Positions 40,070-50,259 of a stretch of 64,000 nucleotides of DNA are shown one piece after another. Source of the stretch: Nitrospirota bacterium. Lineage in GTDB: Bacteria; Nitrospirota; UBA9217. The notes beneath the pieces are model-generated. The model saw only the letters and a list, made by a program, of their open reading frames with translations. It did no database searches and was not told the origin of the DNA. The stretch lies in contig CAWCKW010000003.1 in assembly GCA_963796285.1 (NCBI GenBank), forward strand, positions 64,001 through 128,000, given 5' to 3'. The position numbers and the translations under genes were made by a program. The first letter of the stretch is position 1. Each line of letters starts with the position of its first letter.

Positions 40070-43000
40070 ATGAAACGATTACTCAGTTTATTGGTTGTGT
40101 TTTTTTTAGCGGTTTTTTTGCTGTCTAACTGCAGTGGAGGAGGGGGCGGCGGTACAAACTCCACGTACACCGTAACTTATGATGGCAACGGCAACACCGG
40201 CGGTAGCGTCCCGACTGACACGAACAATTATCAGCAAGGTCAGACCGTTACAGTGCTCGGTAATACAGGCAACCTCGTAAAGACCGGCTATTCCTTCATA
40301 GGCTGGAACTCGCTACCGAATGGATCCGGCACGACCTATACACAGGCGCAGACCTTCACGATGGGTTCGGCAAATGTTACCCTGTACGCCAAGTGGACCT
40401 CAAACCCTACATACTCCGTGACGTATAAGGGCAACGACTATACCGGTGGCAGCGTCCCGATCGACACAACCCATTATGAACAGGGGCAGTCCGTTACGGT
40501 GCTTGGAAATTCAGGCTATCTTGAAAGGACGGGATATTCCTTCTCAGGTTGGAACACGCAGGCGGACGGGTCTGGCACGACCTATACACAGGCGCAGACC
40601 TTCACGATGGGTTCGGCAAATGTTACCTTGTATGCCAAGTGGACCGTAAACCCCACTTACACCCTAACCTATGACGGCAACGGAAATACCAGCGGCAACG
40701 TCCCGATTGACACAGCCAATTATGAGCAGGGGCAGCTTGTTACGGTACTCGGAAATACGGGAAGCCTCATAAAAAGCGGGTATGCCTTCTCGGGCTGGAA
40801 CACGCAAGCTAACGGAACCGGAATAACGTATGCGGAACCGCAGACCTTCACGATGGGTGCTGTAAATATCACACTGTACGCGATGTGGACCGCAGGCCCC
40901 ACATATACCGTAACCTACGACGGCAACGGCAATACCGGCGGCAGCGTCCCGATCGACACAACTAACTATGTGCAGGGGCAGACTGTTGCGGTATTCGCCA
41001 ATCCCGGTATTAAAGCAGGGTATTCCTTCTCAGGTTGGAACATGGCTGGCTGACGGGTCCGGCATGACCTATACACAGGCGCAGACCTTCACGATGGGTT
41101 CGGCAAATATCACTCTGTACGCAATGTGGACCGAAAATGTCCCGCGCTTCCTATACGTGGCTTCTTATGACTATCCCGGTGTTTCAAACTATGCGCTTGA
41201 TGTATCTACTGGGCGCCTGAAGCTTACTGGCAGAGTCTGGGTGGGACCGGGTCCCATCACGTTAGCTCCTTCGGGGAAGTTCGCCTACATTGCAAATGAA
41301 AACAGGAGTATTTCTCAGTGCACGATCGGCGCGGATGGTACACTCTCGGCTATGAATCCGGCCACGGTCGCGGCGGGGTGGTATCCCAGCTCCGTCACGG
41401 TTGACCCCTCCGGCAAGTTTGCCTACGTTGCGAACGATGTCGACAACACCGTCTCGCAGTACAAGATCGGCTCCAACGGGGCGCTCTCACCTATGACCCC
41501 GGCTACGGTCGTAACGGGGTTGTATCCTAGAGCCGTCACGGTCGACCCCTCGGGCAAGTACGCTTACGTAGCGAACAGCGGCGACAACACCTTCTCGCAG
41601 TACAAGATCGGCACAGGCGGGACGCTCTCAGCCATGACCCCGTCCACGGCAGCCTCGGGACGGAATCCGAGCTCCATCACCATCGACCCTTTAGGCAAGT
41701 TTGCATACGTAGCGCACTACTACGACAACACCGTCTCGCAGTACATGATTAACGCCGCAACTGGTATACTCTCACCAATGACCCCGTCCACGGTCGCTGC
41801 GGGGTCGGGTCCGTTCTCCGTCACGGTCGACCCCTCAGGCAAATACGCTTACGTTGCAAACTTGGAAGACGACACCATATCTCAATACTCGATCGACGCG
41901 ACAACTGGAGCTCTTTCGCCAATGACCCCGTCCACGGTCGCTGTGGGGTCGAGTCCAAGATCCGTCACAGTCGACCCCTCGGGTAAATACGTTTACGTGC
42001 TGGGGGGCACCTTCTCGCTGTACACGATCGGCTCCAACGGGGCGCTCACGCCGAATTCTCCGGCAACAATCATAACACAGCCTCTCGCGTTTTCTCTGGC
42101 GATCAGTTATGGCACGACCCCGGCGGCTGCAGTAGCAAAGTACGCCTACGTAGCGAACTACGGTGACAACACTGTCTCGCAGTTCACGATCAACGCGACG
42201 ACGGGCGCCCTCTCGCCATTGACCCCATCCACAGTTACGGCGGGGTCGGGTCCTATTTCCATTACGGTAGACGCCTTGGGCAAGTACGCCTACGTAGCGA
42301 ACTCACGATGACAATACCCTCTCGCAGTACACGATCGCAACAGGGGGGCCGCTCTCAGCCATGGCTTACCATGCCACGGTCGCGACAGGGAAGTCTCCCA
42401 GTTCCGTCACAGCCGATCTGTTTGGCAGATCATGTCTTTGTAACAAACTACAGCGACAGCACCGTATCGCAGTACTATGACGTTGATTCCAAGGGCAGCC
42501 TCTACACACCTTGGCCCATGCCCGCGGTCGCCACGGGGTTGGGTCCCGCGTCCGTCACTATCGACCCTTCTGGCATGTACGCCTACGTGGCGAACTTCGG
42601 CGATAACACCGTCTCGCAGTATATGATTGATACGTCAGGTCTTGCGCTCTCATCAATGACCCCTTCCACGGTCGCTGCGGGGTCGGGTCCAATATCCGTC
42701 ACGGTCGACCTCTTGGGCAAATACGCCTACGTGGCGAACGAAGGCGACAACAGCGTCTCGCAGTATACGATCGATGCGTCGAGTGGTGCGCTCTCATCAA
42801 TGACCCCATCTACGGTCGAAACGGGGTCGGGTCCAAGATCAATCACGGTCGACCCATCGGGCAAGTACGCCTACGTAGCGAACAAAGGCGACAACAGCAT
42901 CTCGCAGTACACGATCAGCGCGACGACCGGTGCGCTCTCATCAATGACCCCATTTACGGTCGCAGCGGGGTCGGGTCCCAGCTCCGTGACCATCGATCCC

Positions 43001-43156
43001 TCGGGCAATTACGCCTACGTGACGAACGAAGGCGACAATAGCATCTCGCAGTACACGATCAGCGCGACGACCGGCGCGCTCTCATCAATGACCCCATCTA
43101 CGGTCGGGGCGGGCTTATTACCCCGCGCCATCACAATCGTAGGCAGCTATCAATAA
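40070..43156 (+). CDS. Surface lipoprotein: four InlB B-repeat (Listeria-Bacteroides) domains plus lactonase-like beta-propeller repeats; frameshifts near 41045 and 42305
   Basis: Lipobox LSNC-SGGGGG. Repeats VTYDGNG..GYSFSGWNT..LYAKW, then repeats VTVDPSGKYAYVAN..DNTVSQYTI. Confidence 0.85.
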
Positions 43157-43341
43157 ACTGCGGCATGCCCGGCGCTGGGACACAATACAAACTTTGGGGC
43201 GATCGACGTTGCAAGTTCCAACTAGTATTTTGCAATATTTTTTACCAAAAGGTAATGCACACTCGTAGGTGAAGTAAACATCCGCCAGATAACATCGCGC
43301 TTCAAGATTTGCAGATGAAATCTCCAAGGCTGTCTGTCCCT

Positions 43342-44025
43342 TCATCGCAAAGCCTTAACCCGCCCCACATACACCACATGCCGCAACCCGCCCCTTCCCG
43401 GCCGCTGTCGATCAACAGTAAATCCAGCGGCAGCCAGACGCATCTCGAACCCTGCATCAGGATTCTCTCCCCAGACAGCGAAAACACCGCCTGTGGAAAG
43501 TGCGGCGGCTGTAGTCTTCAGAGCGCGGCTCCCGTAGAACGGATCGAGTACGGCATCACTGGATGCGCCGGGGCCTTCGTAAAGGTCGATGATGATTGCG
43601 TCGAATTTTTCGGCGCCGGGCTGAGCAGCCCGCGCGATCATTGCCGCGACATCGTCGATCACAATGGTAACCCGCGGATCATCCACAGCACTCTTCGTAA
43701 GTTCCGCAAGAGGACCGCGACACCATGTGGCCATGACCGGATTAAGGTCTGCGACGAGTACCCGCGCAGCAACAGGCAACGCGTCGAGAGCTGCCCGCAG
43801 GGTGAGCCCCATGCCCAGGCCGCCGATCAGCACCCGCGGGGCACTGAGCCCTGCAACCAATTTGCAGGCACGCTCTCCGAGCACGATCTCAGAACGGTTT
43901 GAGCTGCTGTTCATCAGCACGCGGTTATTGATGAGGATCAGAAAATCCCGTTCACCCCGCTTACGCAGTTCGAGGACCCCTTCTTTTGTATCAACTTTGT
44001 CCAATGTCTGCCACGGCTGCGCCAT
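43342..44025 (-). CDS. Spermidine-synthase-like SAM-dependent methyltransferase
   Basis: RVLIGGLGMGLTL, FDAIIIDLYEGP, GGVFAVW. Confidence 0.85.
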   Translation of the reverse strand: MAQPWQTLDKVDTKEGVLELRKRGERDFLILINNRVLMNSSSNRSEIVLGERACKLVAGLSAPRVLIGGLGMGLTLRAALDALPVAARVLVADLNPVMATWCRGPLAELTKSAVDDPRVTIVIDDVAAMIARAAQPGAEKFDAIIIDLYEGPGASSDAVLDPFYGSRALKTTAAALSTGGVFAVWGENPDAGFEMRLAAAGFTVDRQRPGRGGLRHVVYVGRVKALR

Positions 44026-44102
44026 AAATTATCCTTACCCGGGTCCGCCGGATACGAATCGTAACCCTCACAAGCCATCACCGATCTCTCCCTCGCACTG
44101 AT

Positions 44103-44751
44103 TTACACAAGAAGGAACGGAGTCATCGGCTTCCAGTAACCCCTCCAGATGATCGGCACAAAGACCTGTTTGACGATCCAGGGAAATGCCATCATAAAGG
44201 CCTCACGATCAGTCGCCTTCAAGATTGTAGAATAAGAAGGGCAGCGCCAAAGGTCCCGGACCCGAGTTCTTACTGCCGTGGTCGGTGATCTTTTTGAGGA
44301 GGTTCTCCTGTTCCCGCATTCCCGCGACCGCCTTCAGCCTGTCCGCGGTAAAATGATCCTCCTCGATTCTAATGTGGGGTCCCCACACCCTGTCGAATTC
44401 TCCCAATACCTCGCGTAGTCTGCCGACACCGCCAGATGATATCTTTGAAAGACACTTATCCAGGTCGACCAGAATGCGGGCCATGACCTGGTGGTCTTCC
44501 TCCAGCCGGGTATAAGGTGCCTCGAGCTTGTCCCTGAAGTAGGGAAAGACAATGTCATCCTCGGTGAGATGATGCGAGTGCGTTATCCACTTCAGTGTTG
44601 TTACGTACAGAGGGAAACCTGCGGCTTCCTCGGGTGGTATGCCCTGCTTCCCGAGGTACTCGTCACACTTCTGAATCGAAATGTCCAATGCTCGTGAGAT
44701 AATCTTGTGGATCCTCAAGAGACTGCTTGCAATTGGACTCATTCCCGTCAT
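44103..44751 (-). CDS. Hemerythrin-like (HHE) domain protein, frameshift near 44215
   Basis: IH, SHHLTED, EDH, HIRIEE ligands. The alternative frame continues ATDREAFMMAFPWIVKQVFVPIIWRGYWKPMTPFLLV-stop. Confidence 0.75.
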
Positions 44752-44782
44752 GGCGCCACTCGCCTTCATTGTAGTGTATTAA

Positions 44783-44840
44783 CCGTAACGAGCGCGTGAG
44801 GGGCGCGGTTTTGGCACCCTCTCGAGCCGAATGGTGAGAA
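44783..44840 (-). mobile_element. attC-like integron cassette recombination site
   Basis: Minus strand TTCTCAC-CATTCGG-CTCGAG-AGGG..CCC-CTCA-CGCGCTC-GTTACGG, giving an R''/L''/L'/R' layout with a degenerate R''. Confidence 0.45.
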
Positions 44841-44849
44841 TCACAGGCA

Positions 44850-45579
44850 TTTCGTAGCGTTCGGCCCGACCTACAGGTTGTTCTTCCTTGTACCTGTAAT
44901 TGCACTAACGAAGTGATTAAAATTTTGATTAAAGAGCTCGAGAAGCTTCTGGTTATTTCAGCATCGGATAGTTTGGTCACAGGCTTATCTTCCACGCTTC
45001 GTGTGAATACGGACGCAGCTTCGCTGCCAACGCGGTCATAGATCCACCACTTAGTCGTAAGAAATAGCTGCCCACTGTTCTCATAAACGCTACCATGTCT
45101 TGCCGTAAAGAACATAGTCTAAATGATTGTTCTGCACGCTAGCAACAATTTCCTTGTCGAGGTGTTTTGCTACCCCAAAGCCTTACATCTCGAATGTACC
45201 TACTCAGTGCAATAGGATCCATGTCCGAGTTCCATTTGAGGTCGGTAAAGCTAATCGTCGGGGTGGATGCCATGCGTTCGTTCAGGGCTTGTAATGATTT
45301 CATTTGAAGGATTACAGCCAATTCGTCAATCGACGTATCGCCACTATTTTTTGCCGACTCAGCAGTAATCATCACCAATGCTCCAAGAAGGCCGAATTGG
45401 GAAGCCACTCTTGTTCGCTCTCATGGGCTTTATCGTATAACAGTCGAACTTGATGATTCCGAGTTTCTTCTCGGGGTTTCCAGAGAATCTCGATCAAGCC
45501 TGTCAATTTCAGTCTTTGCAGCAAGACTATAACCGGCAAGAGATAACATCAAGACTACAGTCAGGACATATGTTTTCAT
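44850..45579 (-). pseudogene. Low-GC exported hypothetical gene, broken into several frames (possible gene cassette)
   Basis: Signal peptide MKTYVLTVVLMLSLAGYSLA with GGAGG RBS at 45579. Fragments in ORFs 45430..45645, 45139..45408 and 44663..45115. Confidence 0.4.
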
Positions 45580-45681
45580 TGTGAAAATGTCCTCCTTCAA
45601 CTTTTCCATCGTCCCGTCGACGGGTCGAGCCTTGTTATCCGACAACTTGCCTTATCAAGTCAGATTGCGTTCTGGCTTACT

Positions 45682-45838
45682 TGACAATGCGGCGGTAACT
45701 CGCTGCCCCCGCAGGGGGCGTCGATGTTGACTGCCTGGTTCCTGCGGCGCTTTCCAGCCGCGTTTTACAGGCAGTTAGCGAGTTACCGCCGCGTTCCCGC
45801 GGCGCTTCCCAGCCGCGGGAACAAGTTATTATCTAAAC
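45682..45838. mobile_element. Nested palindromic element containing an attC-like site, an inverted partial copy and two mini-palindromes
   Basis: Minus-strand CAGGAAC-CAGGCA-GTCAAC..GTTAC-CGCCGC-ATT (45682-45744). 16-bp inverted repeat 45689-45704/45777-45792. GTTCCCGCGGC-N8-GCCGCGGGAAC at 45793-45822. Confidence 0.6.
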
Positions 45839-46191
45839 AGGCTGGTACTGAATTTATTGAGAAAATTATCAGATTTTAGATTATGTCAAATAGTTTTTAA
45901 AAAAGGACTAATATCGGAAATCCGTTATTAGCGAGTTTAGCAATTAAGATGCCTGCATACAAAGGAGAATGAAAATTCCTGCGCTTCAGAAATCTTCAGC
46001 CCCTATGTAACACGGGGCCTGGACACATATGGCTATTGATGGAAAAGATTTTAGGCCGATTCAATTATCGTGTCAATTAAAAGATAACGGGTTTCTCATG
46101 AATGTGATCAAGGCGGGTGTTATAAAAATTTACGTTCGGAGAACGCATTCAACACTTTCTTTCGCGTCCATCTGCTTCCTCCGGGGTGAAC

Positions 46192-46614
46192 TTAGTCCAG
46201 GTTCGGCGCCGCTTTCCGCATCTGCTTAATCTTGCCCCGCTGCTTCTTGCTCTCGATCCGCCGCTCTTTCGCTGCCAATGTCGGCCTCGTCTTCTTCCTC
46301 GGCTTCGGCTTCTCGGTCGCCTTTCGAATGAGCTCCACCAGCCGCGCGATCGCGTCCTCGCGGTTCCGCTCCTGCGTGCGGTGCTGCCGCGCTTCGATGA
46401 GCAGGATGCCGTCCTGGGTGATGCGTCTTCCTGCCAGCCGGATGAGCCGCGTGCGCACATCGCCGGGAAGGGACGGTGAGTTCCCCACATCGAACCGGAG
46501 CTGCACGGCCGTGGACACCTTGTTCACGTTCTGGCCGCCCGGGCCCGAGGCGCGGACAAAGTGGAGTTGGATCTCGTTCTCGTCGAGCGAGAGAGTGCGG
46601 GTCACTGCGATCAT
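46192..46614 (-). CDS. arfB: Alternative ribosome-rescue peptidyl-tRNA hydrolase ArfB
   Basis: RASGPGGQNVNKVST, RTQERNR, basic C-terminal tail. Confidence 0.95.
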   Translation of the reverse strand: MIAVTRTLSLDENEIQLHFVRASGPGGQNVNKVSTAVQLRFDVGNSPSLPGDVRTRLIRLAGRRITQDGILLIEARQHRTQERNREDAIARLVELIRKATEKPKPRKKTRPTLAAKERRIESKKQRGKIKQMRKAAPNLD

Positions 46615-46672
46615 GCGGGTACTGTACACTATTCTTGATTCTGACTCAAGATGGAATCGTATGCCGTTCGGC

Positions 46673-46701
46673 TTGACAGCGCAGTGTCCTCATGGTACGT
46701 T
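46673..46701 (+). promoter_or_regulatory. Sigma-70 promoter giving a leaderless transcript
   Basis: TTGACA-17-TACGTT, 7 nt before ATG 46709. Confidence 0.55.
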
Positions 46702-46708
46702 GCATCCT

Positions 46709-47593
46709 ATGGCGCCGGTCATCGAAATAAAAGATCTCATCAAGACCTACCCGGGCGTGCGCGCGGTGGACAATGTCAGCCTGACGATCCGGGAGGGCAT
46801 CTGCTTCGGCCTGCTCGGACCGAACGGCGCAGGCAAGACCACGCTGATCGAGATCGTCGAAGGCATCCAGCGTTGCGATTCCGGCAGCACGCTGTACAAA
46901 GGCGCGCCCGCAGGCCCGGCGTTCCGGAAAGAGGCGGGCATCCAGTTCCAGGTCACGTCGCTCCAGGAATTCCTGACCGTGCGCGAGACCCTGCGGTTGT
47001 TCATGAACTTCTATCCCAGGACGATGGACCTGCAAGAGGTCATCCGTCTCTGCAGCCTCGATGAGTTCCTTGACCGGGATACGCGTAAAATTTCCGGCGG
47101 TCAGCGCCAACGGCTCCTGATGGCGCTCGCCATCATCAATGATCCTGAAGTCCTCTTTCTCGACGAGCCCACGACCGGCCTCGATCCCCAGTCGCGCAGG
47201 AACTTCTGGGACCTCATCAATCTGATCAAGTCCCGCGGCAAGACGATCGTGCTGACCACGCACTACATGGACGAGGCCTACACGCTCTGCGACGAGATCG
47301 CGATCATGGACCACGGCAAGATCATCGCCCAGGGCCCTCCGGAGCTGCTGCTCCGGGAGCACTTCGGCAATGTGGTGCTGCAGTTCCCGGAAGAGGACGT
47401 GAACAATAAACTCGAAGGGCTCGGGCTCTGCACGTCCAAACAACCGGGGTGGTGCGAGATACAGACGCACGATGTCGATAGCACGATCAGAACGCTGCTG
47501 GAGCACGGCGTTTCGCTGTCGCGGATGAACATGCGATCCTGGAGCCTGGAGGACCTGTTCATCTCGCTTACGGGGAAGGATCTAAGAGGTTGA
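46709..47593 (+). CDS. ABC-2-type exporter ATP-binding protein
   Basis: GPNGAGKTT, ISGGQRQR, LDEPTTGLDP, TTHYMDEA. Confidence 0.92.
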   Translation: MAPVIEIKDLIKTYPGVRAVDNVSLTIREGICFGLLGPNGAGKTTLIEIVEGIQRCDSGSTLYKGAPAGPAFRKEAGIQFQVTSLQEFLTVRETLRLFMNFYPRTMDLQEVIRLCSLDEFLDRDTRKISGGQRQRLLMALAIINDPEVLFLDEPTTGLDPQSRRNFWDLINLIKSRGKTIVLTTHYMDEAYTLCDEIAIMDHGKIIAQGPPELLLREHFGNVVLQFPEEDVNNKLEGLGLCTSKQPGWCEIQTHDVDSTIRTLLEHGVSLSRMNMRSWSLEDLFISLTGKDLRG

Positions 47594-47627
47594 GAAGTCA
47601 AATTCTTAACAAAACGGCAAGAAATTT

Positions 47628-47724
47628 TCTCGCAAAGACGCAAAGGACGCAAAGGAAGTCTTTAAGTCCTGGTTTTTAACCCGAATGATTTGCTTTTCTT
47701 TGCGAGCTTGGCGTCTTTGCGAGA
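47628..47724. repeat. Inverted-repeat element TCTCGCAAAGACGCAAAG ... CTTTGCG..GCGTCTTTGCGAGA
   Basis: Tandem CGCAAAG units mirrored by CTTTGCG units between the ABC ATPase and permease genes. Confidence 0.8.
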
Positions 47725-47779
47725 GACGCCTTTTAGCTTCTTTCTTTTGGTTCCGGCTTGTCCGGGTTAGGCTATCACT

Positions 47780-48787
47780 ATGAAAAGATTTCTCGCCATG
47801 CTTCACGCGCGGAACATGGAGTTCATCCGCGACAAGTCGTCCCTGGGTTGGAACATCCTGTTCCCGCTCCTGCTGGTGCTCGGCTTCGCAGCCGTGTTCT
47901 CGGGAGAGCCCCAGGCCATGTTCAAGGTCGGCGTCATCGGAGACACAGCGGCGCTCGCTCCATCAGATGCGGATTTCCTCAAAACGAACTACATCAAGTT
48001 CATCATGGTGGACAACGCGGACGCGGCTATCGACAAGGTCGGGCATTTCCAGCTCGACATGCTGATCGACCTGCGCGAGGGCAAGCGATACTGGATCAAT
48101 GAAAATTCTCCGAACGGATATGTGCTCGAACGCATGATCAATAGCGGCAGACAATCGGACTATCAGCGCCAGACGGTCCAGGGCCGCAAGATCCGCTATG
48201 TGGATTGGGTCGTTCCGGGGATCCTGGCAATGAACATGATGTTCAGCTGCCTCTTCGGCGTGGGCTACGTGATCGTACGGTACCGGAAGAACGGTTTCCT
48301 CAAACGGCTCAAGGCTACGCCGCTCAATCCCTTCGAATTCCTGCTGGCGCAGATGTGTTCGCGTCTGCTCCTGATCCAGACGATCACCACCGTCGTCTAC
48401 GTGGGATGCAATTACTTCATCCACTTCCAGATGCGCGGGTCGTATGTGAACCTCTTCCTCATCTCCCTGCTCGGCTCGATCTGTTTGATCTCCATCGGCC
48501 TGCTCGTGTCCGCCCGGCTTTCGAGCGAAGAGCTTGCCAGCGGCATCCTGAACCTGATCACCTGGCCCATGATGCTGCTCTCGGGCGTCTGGTTCTCCCT
48601 CGAAGGCACGAACCCGGTGGTCCAGAAGATCGCCCAGTTCCTGCCGCTCACCCACCTGGTCGACGGCGCCCGGTCGATCATGACCGAAGGCGCCAGCCTC
48701 ATGGACATCGCCCCGCACCTCGCGGTCCTGGCACTCATGACTGCTGTCTTTCTTTCGATTGGATCGCTTATCTTCCGGTGGGAGTGA
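47780..48787 (+). CDS. ABC-2-type exporter permease
   Basis: YVDWVVPGILAM, LKRLKATPL, LSGVWFS, LPLTHLVDGAR. Confidence 0.9.
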   Translation: MKRFLAMLHARNMEFIRDKSSLGWNILFPLLLVLGFAAVFSGEPQAMFKVGVIGDTAALAPSDADFLKTNYIKFIMVDNADAAIDKVGHFQLDMLIDLREGKRYWINENSPNGYVLERMINSGRQSDYQRQTVQGRKIRYVDWVVPGILAMNMMFSCLFGVGYVIVRYRKNGFLKRLKATPLNPFEFLLAQMCSRLLLIQTITTVVYVGCNYFIHFQMRGSYVNLFLISLLGSICLISIGLLVSARLSSEELASGILNLITWPMMLLSGVWFSLEGTNPVVQKIAQFLPLTHLVDGARSIMTEGASLMDIAPHLAVLALMTAVFLSIGSLIFRWE

Positions 48788-48817
48788 TCTTTGCTTTAGT
48801 CCTATCTCCTGTTCAAA

Positions 48818-49526
48818 TCAAAACAATTTTGCTATCAGAGCCGGCACCACGGTCTCGACACTCAGAATGCGCTCTCCCATTTGCACTGGAGCGAACCCAC
48901 AGGCAACGAGTTTTTCTATTTCGTAAGGGATAAAGCCCCCTTCGGGACCGATGACGAGAGTAACAGAGCTTTTAATATTTCGCGGACAGGGTTCTGTTGC
49001 ATGCGGGTGAGCTACAAGGGGCAGCGTTCCTTTGATGAGTGCAGGCGCCTCATCCTCCACAAAGGGTTTGAACAGCGGACGGAGCAGGACTTCCGGCATT
49101 ACGGTATCGCGCGCCTGTTCAAGACCGAGGACCAGTTGTTCTTTCACGCTTGATTCGTTCAGGAAGGGACTCTGCCAGAAGCTCTTCTCCACCCGGGAGC
49201 AGTTGATCAGAATGATCCGCTTCACCCCGAGGGAACTGACGGACCGCAGCACCCGGCGGAGTACCTTGGGACGCGGCAGCGCGAGGATGAGCGTCAACGG
49301 AAGCGCAGCAGGCGGCGCGCGTTCGAGCCGGACCTCCATCTCCAGGACCGTTTGACTCAGGAGCGTGACCTTCCCGGACCCGATATGTCCGTTCAGGACG
49401 CCGACACAGAGCTCATCGCCGATCGAAGCCCGGTGGACGTCGAGGACATGCTTGAGGCGGCGGCCTTGGAGACGGACGAGTTGTGTTGTCAATAAAGTCG
49501 TCTTGGAAGAGGAGGATGAGGTTCAT
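48818..49526 (-). CDS. rsmE: 16S rRNA m3U1498 methyltransferase RsmE, frameshift near 49490
   Basis: Start MNLILLFQDD at 49526. LALPRPKVLRR, LEQARDT, IGPEGGF, RILSVET. Confidence 0.9.
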
Positions 49527-49707
49527 AGCGAAGACGACGATCAAAAATTAATCCATCCACAGCAAATTGACCGCGGGTACGGCGTGAGGGCCTCGCGTGG
49601 ACGGCGAAAGGTCTTTTGAGTTTGATTAATAATCTAAGGTATCCATTGCCCGCTCTTCCGCCATCGCGGTTCAAACGCTGTTGTTTTTGTAAAAGCTAAA
49701 GGAATTA

Positions 49708-50214
49708 TCATTCAAACGGCTCATACTGCACCCTCACGATCGTGAACACCATATCGCCCTTCGGCCGCTTGACCATGACTTCATCGCCTTCGGCCTTTTT
49801 CATCAGCGCCCTGGCCATGGGCGCGTCCATGCTGATCAGGTTCTTCGCGGCATCGAACTCGTCGGGGCCCACGATGCGGTACTCGCTGATATTCCCCTCT
49901 TCATCCTCAAGCCGGACCCAGGCGCCGAAGAATACCTGTGACGGATCGGTCGGCGCGCTGTCCACAACAACGATATGCTCCAGCCGGTCCTTGAGATGGT
50001 GGATGCGGCTGTCGATCTCGCGCAGCTGCTTCTTGCGGTAAATGTACTCCGCGTTCTCGGACCGGTCGCCCTCGGCTGCTGCGGCGGCAAGCGCAGCTGT
50101 CACCTCCGGCCGTTTTTCCCGCCACAGAAACTCGAACTCATCGGTCAGTCGCTTCTTGCCTTCAGGCGTGATGTACCTGGAACCTGGAATTTGTGGTGGT
50201 CGGTATCTGCTCAT
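49708..50214 (-). CDS. greB: Transcription elongation factor GreB
   Basis: YITPEG, AAAEGDRSENAEYIYRKKQLREIDSR, VFFGAWV, ISMDAPMARAL. Confidence 0.95.
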   Translation of the reverse strand: MSRYRPPQIPGSRYITPEGKKRLTDEFEFLWREKRPEVTAALAAAAAEGDRSENAEYIYRKKQLREIDSRIHHLKDRLEHIVVVDSAPTDPSQVFFGAWVRLEDEEGNISEYRIVGPDEFDAAKNLISMDAPMARALMKKAEGDEVMVKRPKGDMVFTIVRVQYEPFE

Positions 50215-50259
50215 AGGAACGGAATCATACGGTAAAAACAGGCGAGAAGCAAGAACCAA

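Noticed and set aside
40150-43130. Regularly spaced DNA repeats resembling a CRISPR array or DGR template/variable repeats
   Set aside because: The repeats are in-frame protein domains with mostly codon-level divergence. There are no unique spacers, and no cas or reverse transcriptase gene is present.
45864-45891. dif-like site (TTATGTCAAAT resembles a XerD arm)
   Set aside because: The putative XerC arm (AATTATCAGAT) lacks the conserved ATAA end. One arm in AT-rich DNA is insufficient.
45900-46190. Integron integrase remnant next to the attI-like site
   Set aside because: No tyrosine recombinase motifs are visible in any frame, only short ORFs.
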